Assembly (NCBI GenBank): GCA_963836075.1
Contig: CAWIIB010000009.1
Span: 2,304,001 to 2,368,000, forward strand
DNA length: 64,000 nucleotides
Origin: an uncultured Acidobacteriota bacterium
GTDB taxonomy: Bacteria > Acidobacteriota > JAQAZP01
Direction: 5' to 3'
This document shows positions 9,398 to 18,786 of the stretch, piece by piece (positions within the stretch are counted from its first letter, which is position 1; every line of letters starts with the position of its first letter). The notes below the pieces were generated by a model that worked only from the letters and a program-made list of their open reading frames with translations, did no database searches and was not told where the DNA came from. A program made the position numbers and the translations under genes.

Positions 9398-11016
9398 AGC
9401 GTGATCAGCGAAGCGGCGGCCTGGCGGTCCGGCGCCGGTGGGGGGTGGCGTTGCTGCTGCTGGCCTGTGCCGGGCTTGCTGTTGCCGGGGACGGGCTGCC
9501 CCACTGGCTCACCGTGATCACCGCCGACCAGTTGAAGGGCGACGTGGGCTTCCTCGCCTCGGAGGAACTGGCCGGCCGGGCGGTGCTCACGCCGGGATCG
9601 AAAACCGCGGCCGCCTTCATCGCCTCCCGGTTTCAGGCCCTGGGCCTCAAGCCGGCCGGGGAAGGGGACCGCGACTGGTACCAACAGGTGCCGCTGGTCC
9701 GGGCCCGGGTCCGTTCCGGGCTCTGCCGGGTGGTGCGGGAAGACGATGATCTGCCGTCTCTGGACCTGGTCTGGGGCACTGATTTCCGCTGCCGGCCCGG
9801 CAGGTTGTCGGGGTTCGACATTTCAGCCGGCGCGGTTTTCGGCGGCTACGGCATCCATGCGCCGGGTCTCGGTCACGATGATTTTGCCGGCCTCGAGGTG
9901 CAGGGCCGGGTGCTCATCGTGCTGGCCGGCGGGCCGGAGGCCGGCAGCGATGCGCAGGCCGGACGCGGGCTCCTCTCCCGCCGCTACGCTTCGGTGACCG
10001 CCAAGCGCGAAGCGGCCCTGTCCCGGGGGGCGTCAGCGCTCATCATTCTTCCCCTTCCCGGCTCCGGGGAGGAGGAGGTCCGTCTGCGTCCCGATTTCTG
10101 GCCCGACCATCTGGCTCGCGCCGGGGAGGAGGAGGGCGAGGACAGCGGTATTGCCTGTCCGTCGATTCTTCTCCGGGAGGACGCCGCCGCCAGGCTGGTC
10201 ACCCTGGCCGGGATCCAGCTGGTTCCCGGGGGCGGCCCGCCCCGTCCATTGCCCGGGGTTCGCATCTCCTGCTCCCTGAAGATGGAGCCTCCCCAAGCGG
10301 TCTCCACTCAAAACGTGCTGGGCCTGATCCCGGGAAGCGACGAACTGCATTTTCGCGAGTTTGTTGTCGTCTCGGCCCACTATGACCACCTCGGTGTCCG
10401 GGGAGGGGATCTGCTCTTTCCCGGGGCCGACGACAACGCTTCGGGGGTGGCGGCGATGATCGCAGCGGCCCGGGCCCTGGCCGCCCTGCCGCTGCATCTC
10501 CGGCCGGCACGGAGTGTTCTCTTTGCCGCCTGGGCCGGCGAGGAGCGGGGGTTTCTCGGTTCGGAGCATTTTGTCAGCCACCCCACGGTGCCGCGAGGTC
10601 AGATCAAGGCCCTGGTCAACCTCGACATGGTGGGCCGGAACAATGGCGGTGAGGACGCTCACCACAATACAGCCCTGGCCATCTATTCCGCCCAGGCCCC
10701 GCTCCTCGAGGCGTTGCTGGACGAAGCGGCGGAAGCCGCCGGTCTCGACCTGCGGCTCCGGCCCCGCCTGCAGTTCGGCCCCACCAGCGACCACAGGGTT
10801 TTCCACCGGCAGGGCATCCCCTCGCTCCACCTCTTTACCGGAGTCCACGGGGACTACAACCGGCCGGACGACACGGCGGACAGGATCAACTACACCAAAC
10901 TGGTCCGGGTGGCCCAGGTGGCCGCCGGCCTGGCCTTCCAGCTGGCTGACGAACCGGACCCGCCGCTCTTTGACGAGACCATCACCGAGATCAAGGGCCG
11001 CAACGATCCGTTTTAG
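9385..11016 (+). CDS. M28-family peptidase with PA domain, exported
   Basis: SAHYDHLG, GADDNASG, GEERG, NLDMVG, SDH motifs; signal-like N-terminus. Confidence 0.9.
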   Translation: MEILKRDQRSGGLAVRRRWGVALLLLACAGLAVAGDGLPHWLTVITADQLKGDVGFLASEELAGRAVLTPGSKTAAAFIASRFQALGLKPAGEGDRDWYQQVPLVRARVRSGLCRVVREDDDLPSLDLVWGTDFRCRPGRLSGFDISAGAVFGGYGIHAPGLGHDDFAGLEVQGRVLIVLAGGPEAGSDAQAGRGLLSRRYASVTAKREAALSRGASALIILPLPGSGEEEVRLRPDFWPDHLARAGEEEGEDSGIACPSILLREDAAARLVTLAGIQLVPGGGPPRPLPGVRISCSLKMEPPQAVSTQNVLGLIPGSDELHFREFVVVSAHYDHLGVRGGDLLFPGADDNASGVAAMIAAARALAALPLHLRPARSVLFAAWAGEERGFLGSEHFVSHPTVPRGQIKALVNLDMVGRNNGGEDAHHNTALAIYSAQAPLLEALLDEAAEAAGLDLRLRPRLQFGPTSDHRVFHRQGIPSLHLFTGVHGDYNRPDDTADRINYTKLVRVAQVAAGLAFQLADEPDPPLFDETITEIKGRNDPF

Positions 11017-11504
11017 CTGTGCAGCACCAGCTCCCAGAAACGGGCATCGGGCAGGGGATTGTGGCGGTAGGGGGGGATGGGGCGGAAACCCAGCTTGCGG
11101 TAGAGCGCGTTGGCCGCGGTCATCCGGGCGGTGGTGTCCAGACGCATCCGGCCGTAGCCGGCCTCCCGGGCGGCGGCGATCACTGCCACGGCCAGCTGCC
11201 GCCCCACGCCCATCCCTCGGAACGTCCGCACCACGAAAAGGCGTTTCATCTCACAGATCCCGGGGGCGAAGGGCCGCAGGGCCACGCAGCCCGCGGCGTT
11301 GCTGTCCCGTCGAGCCAGCAGCAGCCGGCCCTGGGGCGGGGCGTATTCACCGGGCAGGCCGGCCACCTCGTCATCGAACCCTTGGAAATCGAGGTCGAAC
11401 TCCAGCGAGTCGGCATAGTCCCGGAAGAGCCGGGCGGCTTCGGTCAGACCAGGGCCCTGGTGGGCTTCGAGGATCTCCGTGCTGGTTGGTTTTGTGTTGT
11501 CCAT
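11013..11504 (-). CDS. GNAT N-acetyltransferase
   Basis: CEMKRLFV..FRG.GVGR and A.ALYRKLGF motifs; start at ATG 11504. Confidence 0.9.
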   Translation of the reverse strand: MDNTKPTSTEILEAHQGPGLTEAARLFRDYADSLEFDLDFQGFDDEVAGLPGEYAPPQGRLLLARRDSNAAGCVALRPFAPGICEMKRLFVVRTFRGMGVGRQLAVAVIAAAREAGYGRMRLDTTARMTAANALYRKLGFRPIPPYRHNPLPDARFWELVLHS

Positions 11505-11833
11505 TCTCAACAGTGATGGGAATAACATGGCCACTTGATCAATATCATCGCAATTGTATGACATACAAATACATTTAACCATATTGAATCCCGCCGAAAA
11601 ATGGCTAAGCCCCGCCGGAATATATATGACAAGTGGAATATTTCTGCTGATTTCTAATCACTTCGGTTCGAGTCCGGCCCGACTCCACGGACCAATGGCT
11701 CAGAGCGTACATGTCAGAGATGAAGTGAAAATCCAAATGACCAGAGGTCGTTGGTATCAAACTCGGATTGAGTGCTTCCTGCAATAACCTCATAACTTTT
11801 CATTTGAACACCTGATCCCTTGAGGGAATGTAA

Positions 11834-11863
11834 TTGACAGAAGGATAAAATCCAGCGTATCGT
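11834..11863 (+). promoter_or_regulatory. Putative sigma-70 promoter of the FG-GAP gene
   Basis: TTGACA-18 nt-TATCGT in an AT-rich intergenic region. Confidence 0.45.
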
Positions 11864-11932
11864 GTTCGCAAATGAGAGCGCCACTTAGAGTAAAGGTGGG
11901 ACTCCGACAGCACGCAGAGCAGTAGATCATAA

Positions 11933-14485
11933 ATGAAACACCCAAAACATAGAGTTCAGGTCGGCATATCTGCGATTTCCGTGATCGTCACCTTGTTGGC
12001 TTTACCGGCGATTGCGGAGACCCGCTTATTTGAAGCGAGAGTTGACTACCAAGCTGATCGTGGGCCCTGGTCCGTAGCTATCGGGGACATGGATGGTGAT
12101 CAGACACTTGATCTGGCCGTGGCGAACGCTCTGGACAACGATATCTCGGTGCTACTGGGTGACGGGGACGGCACCTTTCAAGATGCAGTGAATTACGAAT
12201 CCGGTGAGCGACCTTCTGCGGTCGACATCGGTGACCTGAATGGAGACGGGAATCTCGACTTAGTCACGGCGAATTACCTGGGCGACGATGTCTCGGTTCA
12301 TCTGGGTAATGGGGACGGCACGTTTCAGAATGCGGTGAACTACGGGGTCGGCATCTATCCCAATTCGGTTGTCGTCGCGGATCTGGACGGCGATGACAAT
12401 CTCGATCTGGCCGTAGCAAACCGGGGATTCTATTACTATGCGGAAGGTAATGTGTCCATACTGCTGGGCAACGGGGACGGCACATTCCAGACCGCAGTGA
12501 ACCACTATGCCGGTGTAGAACCTTATTCGGTTGCTGCCGGAGACCTGAATAACGATGGCAATCCTGACCTGGCCGTGACGAACACCGGGTATGAGTATTA
12601 TGGAGGGGGCGTGTCGGTGCTTCTCGGAAACGGGGACGGCACATTCCAGGACGCGGCAGGCTATTCAACTGGTGACTTGTTTTGTTCAATCGCCATTGGC
12701 GAACTCGACGACGATGGAGCTCTGGACCTGGTCGTGGCCAGTTATCGAAGTCCCCCCAGCGTTTCGGTGCTCTCGGGCAACGGGGACGGCACCTTCCAGA
12801 ACGCTGTGAGTTACACGACCAGCTCCGGGCCTACTTCAGTCGCTCTCGGAGACATGAACGGGGACGAGGCGCTCGATCTGGCCGTGGCCTGTTACTGGGG
12901 ATACGATCTTGCTGTTCATCTGGGTAAGGGGGACGGTACCTTCGCACCGCCTGTTTACTACGATGCCGGCTGGCATCCTCAATCAGTTTCCCTCGGTGAC
13001 CTGGACGGCGAGGGGAATCTCGACCTGGTTGTGGCAAACTATTGGAGCGACTACGTATCGGTGTTTCTTGGCAACGGGGACGGCACATTTCCAGCCGCGG
13101 AAAACTACGCTGCCGGCTATGAACCCTGGTCGATAACCACCGGGGACCTGAACGGTGATGGGAATCTCGACCTGACCACGGCAAACAGGGGAAGCGATGA
13201 TGTTTCGGTGCTGCTGGGCAATGGGGATGGTTTATTCCAGGATGCAGTGAACTATGGTGTCGGCGTCAGGCCCTGGTCGGTCGTGGTTGGGGATCTGGAC
13301 AGCGATGATGATCTCGACCTGGCCGTGGCGAACAATAATACCAGTGATGTCTCGGTGCTTCTGGGCAACGGTGACGGCACTTTCCAGGCGGTTGTGAACT
13401 ATTCGGTCGGAGATATACCCAGATCGATCGCCAGCGGGGACCTGGACGGCGACGGTGACCTCGATCTTGTGGTGGCGAATACATACAGCGACCACGTTTC
13501 TGTGTTGCTGGGTATCGGTGACGGCACCTTTCAGGGTGCGGTCAACTACGGGGTTGGAATCGAGCCCGAGTCAGTCGCCCTCGGCGATCTGGACGGCGAT
13601 GGAGATCTCGACCTGGCCACGGCAAACATGGAGAGTGACGATGTCTCGGTGCTGCTAGGCAACGGTGATGGCACGTTTCAGAATTCGGTGACCTACGCTG
13701 TCGGGCAATGGCCCAAATCTGTCGCCATCGGGGACCTGGACGGTGACGACAATCTCGATCTGGTGGTAGCGATTCGTGGTGACAGCGAAGTCTCAGTGCT
13801 GCTGGGCAACGGTGACGGCACTTTCCAGGCCGCGGTGAACTACGAAACCGGCCGCTGGCCTGAATCCGTTACGATCGGGGACCTTGATGGTGATGGAAAT
13901 CCAGACCTGGCCGTGGCCAATGGGGGCAGCAGCAATATCTCGGTGCTGCTGGGCAATGGGGACGGCAGCTTCCAGTACGCTGTGAACTTCGGAAGCGGTC
14001 ACGGTACTGAATCGGTCGTCACAGGGGACCTGGACGGTGACTATGATCTCGACCTGGCAGTGGCGAACTCAGCGCAATCTAACGTCTCGGTGCTGATCAA
14101 CCGATCCCCGGCCAAAACCGTGTCTTCGCATTTAGCCTGCATGCCTTCCTCCGGGACGGTACCTTTCCACACCACCATGGCGGTGCAGCTGATCAACCTC
14201 GAGCCGCAGCGTCCGGCCACCCGGATCGCCGGGCGGATCAACGTGCAACTGGCCAACGGCAGCAGCTTTGGCGGCTGGAAGCAGGGGACGGTTAATGTAG
14301 CCCAGACCGAGATGTTCACCGTGGGCTGGAGTCAGCTCATTCCGGCGAGTGGGACCGTAATCGGTTCAAACCTCTTCACCCTGGTTGCCGAAGATGTCAC
14401 TCCGACACCTTACAATCAACCGCCCTACAGCCCTGCCGGCGACACGGACATTGAAATCTGTAAGGTGGTGGGTATTGCACCCTGA
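11933..14485 (+). CDS. Secreted FG-GAP/VCBS repeat protein (14 repeats, likely two 7-bladed propellers) with C-terminal domain
   Basis: Signal peptide; 14 GD(L/M)DGDG.LDL...VSVLLGNGDGTF units. Confidence 0.92.
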   Translation: MKHPKHRVQVGISAISVIVTLLALPAIAETRLFEARVDYQADRGPWSVAIGDMDGDQTLDLAVANALDNDISVLLGDGDGTFQDAVNYESGERPSAVDIGDLNGDGNLDLVTANYLGDDVSVHLGNGDGTFQNAVNYGVGIYPNSVVVADLDGDDNLDLAVANRGFYYYAEGNVSILLGNGDGTFQTAVNHYAGVEPYSVAAGDLNNDGNPDLAVTNTGYEYYGGGVSVLLGNGDGTFQDAAGYSTGDLFCSIAIGELDDDGALDLVVASYRSPPSVSVLSGNGDGTFQNAVSYTTSSGPTSVALGDMNGDEALDLAVACYWGYDLAVHLGKGDGTFAPPVYYDAGWHPQSVSLGDLDGEGNLDLVVANYWSDYVSVFLGNGDGTFPAAENYAAGYEPWSITTGDLNGDGNLDLTTANRGSDDVSVLLGNGDGLFQDAVNYGVGVRPWSVVVGDLDSDDDLDLAVANNNTSDVSVLLGNGDGTFQAVVNYSVGDIPRSIASGDLDGDGDLDLVVANTYSDHVSVLLGIGDGTFQGAVNYGVGIEPESVALGDLDGDGDLDLATANMESDDVSVLLGNGDGTFQNSVTYAVGQWPKSVAIGDLDGDDNLDLVVAIRGDSEVSVLLGNGDGTFQAAVNYETGRWPESVTIGDLDGDGNPDLAVANGGSSNISVLLGNGDGSFQYAVNFGSGHGTESVVTGDLDGDYDLDLAVANSAQSNVSVLINRSPAKTVSSHLACMPSSGTVPFHTTMAVQLINLEPQRPATRIAGRINVQLANGSSFGGWKQGTVNVAQTEMFTVGWSQLIPASGTVIGSNLFTLVAEDVTPTPYNQPPYSPAGDTDIEICKVVGIAP

Positions 14486-14621
14486 GGTGCGGCCAACGTA
14501 ACCAACGAATATTCCAACGAAGGCCCGATAATTCGTAAGGTAGTTAGAGACTGCCTCTTTCCATGTAAATCCACAGGGCCTGAAATTCACTGTACAAAAA
14601 AATGGCTCCCCGGGCGCAGCA

Positions 14622-14765
14622 GTAAGAGGTGGACCCCATTCTTTGGACAGCCAGACGGATCGTCTACGGTGAACTCCAGGTTGTTGATCACGCCGCCACC
14701 CTCTCGGTGGAGACCTCCATGGGCGTCTGGTCACCGAAGGCCGAGTGGGGGCGATCACAGCATTC
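14622..14765 (-). mobile_element. IS3-family remnant (transposase C-terminus plus terminal repeat)
   Basis: Minus frame reads DRPHSAFGDQTPMEVSTERVAA-stop (14688), like the RPHS.LG..TP tail of IS3 OrfB; followed by GTGGACCCCATTCTTTGGACAG, resembling an IS3 terminal IR. Confidence 0.7.
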
Positions 14766-14776
14766 TGGGATCCATG

Positions 14777-15820
14777 TCAGCCTTGCCCGATGCGGGCCAG
14801 CTTGTGGATCAGCCCATCGGTATCCGCACGGGTCGTGCGGTAAACGATGTTCACGGTCTCGTCCGCCAGGGTACGCGCCGCGGACACGTCACCGGCGATG
14901 TCCACATCGAGAAACTCGTCCAGCGGGCGGTAGAGGCGGGTCGTCCTGACGCCCAGATCGGCAAAGCGGGCCAGCAGCGATTGGCGCGCGGCCGTGTCCG
15001 GCACCCGGAAGCTGTAGCGCCACGGCAGCCACTGGTCACCGCAGTCCGCAAACGGAACCACACCGGGCAAGTTGTCAATGATTGCGCGCGCCTGGTGGAT
15101 CGTCGCAGAGACGTGCTCCAGGCCGGCGACCCACTGCTCGAACCGTTCCCCCAGGCACTTGAGAATGCCGCTGGGGAAGCGGTACTTCAACAGGCCGAAG
15201 CGTGTGTCCCATGCGACCATGGCGTTGTAGTCGTTTTTCAACATCAGCTTGAGTGCCATTCGATTTTTCACGCCGGGGAACAGTCCATATGGGCGCTGTG
15301 ACGCCAGCCGGCCCATGGCCCCGGCCAGATGGGCGTCACCGGTGATCACCAGACCGCCCCCGGCCAGTTCCAATGGCTTTGCATAGCCGAAACTCACCAC
15401 ACCCACATCCCCACGCGCGCCCAGCGGCACGCCGCCAACCCGGCCACCGTAGGCCTGACAGGCGTCCTCGACCACTACGCATCGCTTCGGTAATTCAAGC
15501 GTCCGGATGATATCGATGTCGGCGGGACGCCCGAAGGCATCGATGGCGACGATGGCGGCAACCCGTTCGTCCAACGCGCTCGCCAGAGCGGACAATGAGA
15601 AATCGTAGGTCTCTGCCGACATGTCGACCATGACGGGCATGCCGGCGGCGGCCAGGACGGACACGGCGACGTTGGGACAGGCCAGCGCGGGGATGAGAAC
15701 ACGGCGCCCCTGAACACCGGCCGCCCGCAGGGCCAGGGACAGTCCCACGGTTCCGCTTCCCACCGGCTGACAGTGATCGGCTCCGAACCAGGCGCGAATG
15801 TTATCCGGGATCTGTGTCAT
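14777..15820 (-). CDS. DegT/DnrJ/EryC1/StrS PLP-dependent sugar aminotransferase
   Basis: SGT, VEDACQAYG, SFGYAKPL (catalytic Lys) GGG motifs. Confidence 0.85.
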   Translation of the reverse strand: MTQIPDNIRAWFGADHCQPVGSGTVGLSLALRAAGVQGRRVLIPALACPNVAVSVLAAAGMPVMVDMSAETYDFSLSALASALDERVAAIVAIDAFGRPADIDIIRTLELPKRCVVVEDACQAYGGRVGGVPLGARGDVGVVSFGYAKPLELAGGGLVITGDAHLAGAMGRLASQRPYGLFPGVKNRMALKLMLKNDYNAMVAWDTRFGLLKYRFPSGILKCLGERFEQWVAGLEHVSATIHQARAIIDNLPGVVPFADCGDQWLPWRYSFRVPDTAARQSLLARFADLGVRTTRLYRPLDEFLDVDIAGDVSAARTLADETVNIVYRTTRADTDGLIHKLARIGQG

Positions 15821-16724
15821 GCTGGTCGCGTGCTTCCAGTTCTTTCACGATTCGATCGATCTCGGCCGACCGCGTCTCGTGGTCCGTTTCTTTGCCGGCG
15901 CTGGCCGTAAAGGCCAGGGGTGCTGAGCCCGTCCGGTGTTGCAGTGTCACACCGGCAGCGGCGTATGTCGACAAAGCCCATTCAATCAACGCGGCCGGCC
16001 GGCTGCAGAAGTCCTCGTAACGGATAGTGAAATTATGGTTGTCCGGGACGCTCCGCAGGGCCTGGGTGATGCTTTGCTCGACGCCCCACATCTGGTGTAC
16101 GACACGCTCCAGCTCGGTTGTAAAAGTCTGGTCGTGAAACTGTGGCGGCGCCACGCCCCACCACTGGGTGGCGGGCACGTCGTGCGCCACACGGCTCTTG
16201 AGCACCGACGCCACGGTATCTCCCATATCGCGGGAAACGTGGATGAACCTCGCGTCGGGAAACAACCACAGGAGGTGTGCGATCCGCACCGAGTTCGCGT
16301 TGTTCTTGTTGGCGAAGGGTGCGCCAAAGATCGACTCGTATGCACGCACGATGGTCCGTAATTCGTGCAACCGGTCGACCCTTACGGGATGATCCAACTC
16401 GTAGCGTGGAAACCAGCGGTGAAAGATCTCCCAGCCGTCGCTGGGGGCGGCGGCGCCGTGGATGACCCCGTACGCACTGTCATACGATGGTTCGAACCGG
16501 TAGCGCTTCCTGGCCCACCAGCCAAAGGTTATGCACGCATTGGGGTGCTGTTTCGCCAGGTTGGGGAAATAGGCGAAGACCAGGGAGTTGAGCAGATGCT
16601 GGATGACCACGGTGGTCCCGCTGCGGGGCGCCCCCACGACGAACAACGGCGGATACCGATTCTTCAGCTTCGCGGCAGCCACGACGGCGGACTCCAATAC
16701 CCCCGCTGTTCGACTCAGCAACAC
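15801..16724 (-). CDS. Sulfotransferase family protein
   Basis: FVVGAPRSGTT PAPS-binding loop, FPDARFIHVSRD, IRYEDF. Confidence 0.88.
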   Translation of the reverse strand: MLLSRTAGVLESAVVAAAKLKNRYPPLFVVGAPRSGTTVVIQHLLNSLVFAYFPNLAKQHPNACITFGWWARKRYRFEPSYDSAYGVIHGAAAPSDGWEIFHRWFPRYELDHPVRVDRLHELRTIVRAYESIFGAPFANKNNANSVRIAHLLWLFPDARFIHVSRDMGDTVASVLKSRVAHDVPATQWWGVAPPQFHDQTFTTELERVVHQMWGVEQSITQALRSVPDNHNFTIRYEDFCSRPAALIEWALSTYAAAGVTLQHRTGSAPLAFTASAGKETDHETRSAEIDRIVKELEARDQHDTDPG

Positions 16725-16755
16725 GATTGCGCTACCTCAGCTACACGTATCAATC

Positions 16756-17700
16756 TTATCCATGCCGTTCGGTCAGCCGTTCCAGGGCTTCGCGGGCCGC
16801 TTCCTCCACCTCCGGGTGGAGGCCGGTGCCCAGCAGGGACTCGATCTCCCGCGCCATGGACGGCGGCCCGGCTTCGCCGAAGATGTAGAGCATGTCGCCG
16901 CGGGCCGGCTCCGGCGCACCGCTGAACTTCTCCTGCAGTGCGGGAAGCAGCCGCTCCACCAGGGCGGAGGAGTGCTCCAGCAGTTCCTCCAGCACCATCA
17001 TTGCGCCCAGACGCACCGACATGGCCTCACTGGCCAGCAGGCTGCAGAGGGCCGGGCTCGCCTCTCCCGTCTCCACCATCAGCCGGGTCAGCGGCCCGGC
17101 GTTACCATTCTCCAGCAGGCGCACCAGGACACCGGCGTCGATGTTCACCCGGTCACCGGGCGCCAGCAGCGCCTCCAGGTCCCCGGGGCGTATGCTGCCG
17201 GTCCAGCGAAAGGTCCGGTCGAGGATCAGTGTGGGCACCGACTTGATCCGGTCGGCCTCGGCCAGGTCGCCGCAGGCCTCACTGTCGATGATCTCCAGGC
17301 GGAGTGTTCCTCCGGGAACGATGAGCGGCAGCAGGGCCCGAACCGCGGCGGGGCAATGGGGGCAGGCGGCAGCGACATAGATCTGCAGGGAAGCAGCACG
17401 GAAGGTTCCGTGATCGCCGTCGCCGGCAAGGGCTTCGAGGAACGGTTCCAGTTCAGTGCCTGTTGGCGCCGCCCGATAGAGAATCGCGCCCTGCCGCAGG
17501 TTCAGCGCGGGGAGTTCGTCATCGGCGGGCGGGGATTCACTGACCGTCAACATTTCGCAGCTGTCGGCCAGCCAGGTGCAGAACTCGCGGAGCTGTTCGG
17601 TGCGCGGGTGGTCAGCGGTCGTCAAGCGGATTTCCAGGGGCCGGTGCTGTTCCTTCGACCACCGGTCAACGGTCTCCCGCGCCTGCTCGCTGATCCTCAT
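16756..17700 (-). CDS. Thioredoxin-fold protein (AhpF N-terminal-like) with C-terminal helical/HEAT region
   Basis: P.G.EL.PFL, CPHC, I.SVPT motifs. Confidence 0.75.
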   Translation of the reverse strand: MRISEQARETVDRWSKEQHRPLEIRLTTADHPRTEQLREFCTWLADSCEMLTVSESPPADDELPALNLRQGAILYRAAPTGTELEPFLEALAGDGDHGTFRAASLQIYVAAACPHCPAAVRALLPLIVPGGTLRLEIIDSEACGDLAEADRIKSVPTLILDRTFRWTGSIRPGDLEALLAPGDRVNIDAGVLVRLLENGNAGPLTRLMVETGEASPALCSLLASEAMSVRLGAMMVLEELLEHSSALVERLLPALQEKFSGAPEPARGDMLYIFGEAGPPSMAREIESLLGTGLHPEVEEAAREALERLTERHG

Positions 17701-18773
17701 AGGGCGGCCAGCCTGAGGATCTCCACCACCATGGCCAGCGCTTTTTCCATGTCGGCCACGTGGATGTGCTCCTCGGTGGAGTGTTCCAGCCGGGCCCCGA
17801 TGCCCACCACCGCCATTTCGATCCCCCGGTTGTTGTAGATCGAGGCGTCGGTGAACCCGGTGATGAAGGTGGTTTCAGCTTCGATGCCCACCGTGCGCAG
17901 CGCCTGTTTGGACAGCTCCACCGTCCAGGAGTCCGCGGGGATGTCCACCGCTTCGCAGAGGCAGTCCATGGTCACCCGGACCTGGGCGCCGGCCGCTTCC
18001 ACTTCGCGGGTGATGGTGCCCACCATCTCTTCGGCCAGCGCGTGGGCCTTGCCGTGGTCGAGGCTGCGGCACTCGGCGAGGAAACTGGCCGAGTCGGGTA
18101 CGCCGTTGCGAATGATCCCGCCGCTGATCACCCCCACGTTGGCGGTGGTCTCGCCGTCCAGCCGGCCCAGCTTGAGGGCCGAGATGGCTTTGGCGGCGGC
18201 GAGGATGGCGTTGATGCCCTTCTCCGGCTCCATGCCGGCGTGGGCCGCACGGCCCTTGACCTCGGCATCGATGGCGAAATACGACGGGCCGCCAATGACA
18301 ATGGTGTCCAGGGTGTCATTGTCCAGCAGGAACCCGCGCCGGGCGCTGATCAGGCTGAAGTCCAGTTCCTTGACCCCCAGCAGGCCCACTTCCTCCTGGC
18401 GGCTGATCGCCACCTCCACCGGCGGCCGGACAGTTGCGGTGCGCAGCGCTTCCAGCATCTCGGCGATGCCGGCCTTGTCGTCGGCGCCGAGAATGGTATC
18501 GCCCTTCGACCGGATCACCCCGTCTTCCAGCACCGGCTCGATGCCGGTGCCCGGTTGCACGGTATCGGCGTGGCAGGAGAGCAGCACCGGGTCCTTGCCC
18601 TCGCAGCCCAGGGCCGGCAGTTTGGCCACCAGGTTGCCGTAGCCGTCCACCGTCGCTTCGGCGCCCAGGGCGGTGAACTCCCGCTCCAGGTAGGCGATCA
18701 TCTCCGCCTCGTTGCCCGATTCGCTGGGAATGCGAACCATCTCCAGGAACTGCTCGACCATTCTCTCCGACAT
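17697..18773 (-). CDS. M20 peptidase T-like metallopeptidase
   Basis: H.DTV.PG, LGADDKAG, EEVGL.G, AHAG.EPEKG, HST.E motifs. Confidence 0.9.
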   Translation of the reverse strand: MSERMVEQFLEMVRIPSESGNEAEMIAYLEREFTALGAEATVDGYGNLVAKLPALGCEGKDPVLLSCHADTVQPGTGIEPVLEDGVIRSKGDTILGADDKAGIAEMLEALRTATVRPPVEVAISRQEEVGLLGVKELDFSLISARRGFLLDNDTLDTIVIGGPSYFAIDAEVKGRAAHAGMEPEKGINAILAAAKAISALKLGRLDGETTANVGVISGGIIRNGVPDSASFLAECRSLDHGKAHALAEEMVGTITREVEAAGAQVRVTMDCLCEAVDIPADSWTVELSKQALRTVGIEAETTFITGFTDASIYNNRGIEMAVVGIGARLEHSTEEHIHVADMEKALAMVVEILRLAAL

Positions 18774-18786
18774 GGGTCACCTCTGT

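Noticed and set aside
11663-11687. tRNA/tmRNA 3'-like string TCGGTTCGAGTCCGGCCCGACTCCA
   Set aside because: Spacing is off, there is no 5' half or cloverleaf, and no matching second copy to define an att site
12060-14100. Regularly spaced DNA repeats that could mimic a CRISPR array or DGR repeats
   Set aside because: They are degenerate in-frame FG-GAP protein repeats; no cas or reverse transcriptase genes
14596-14615. Minus-strand GCCCGGGGAGCCA plus T-run, resembling a tRNA 3' end or att remnant
   Set aside because: Only about 13 nt, no T-loop, no integrase in the window
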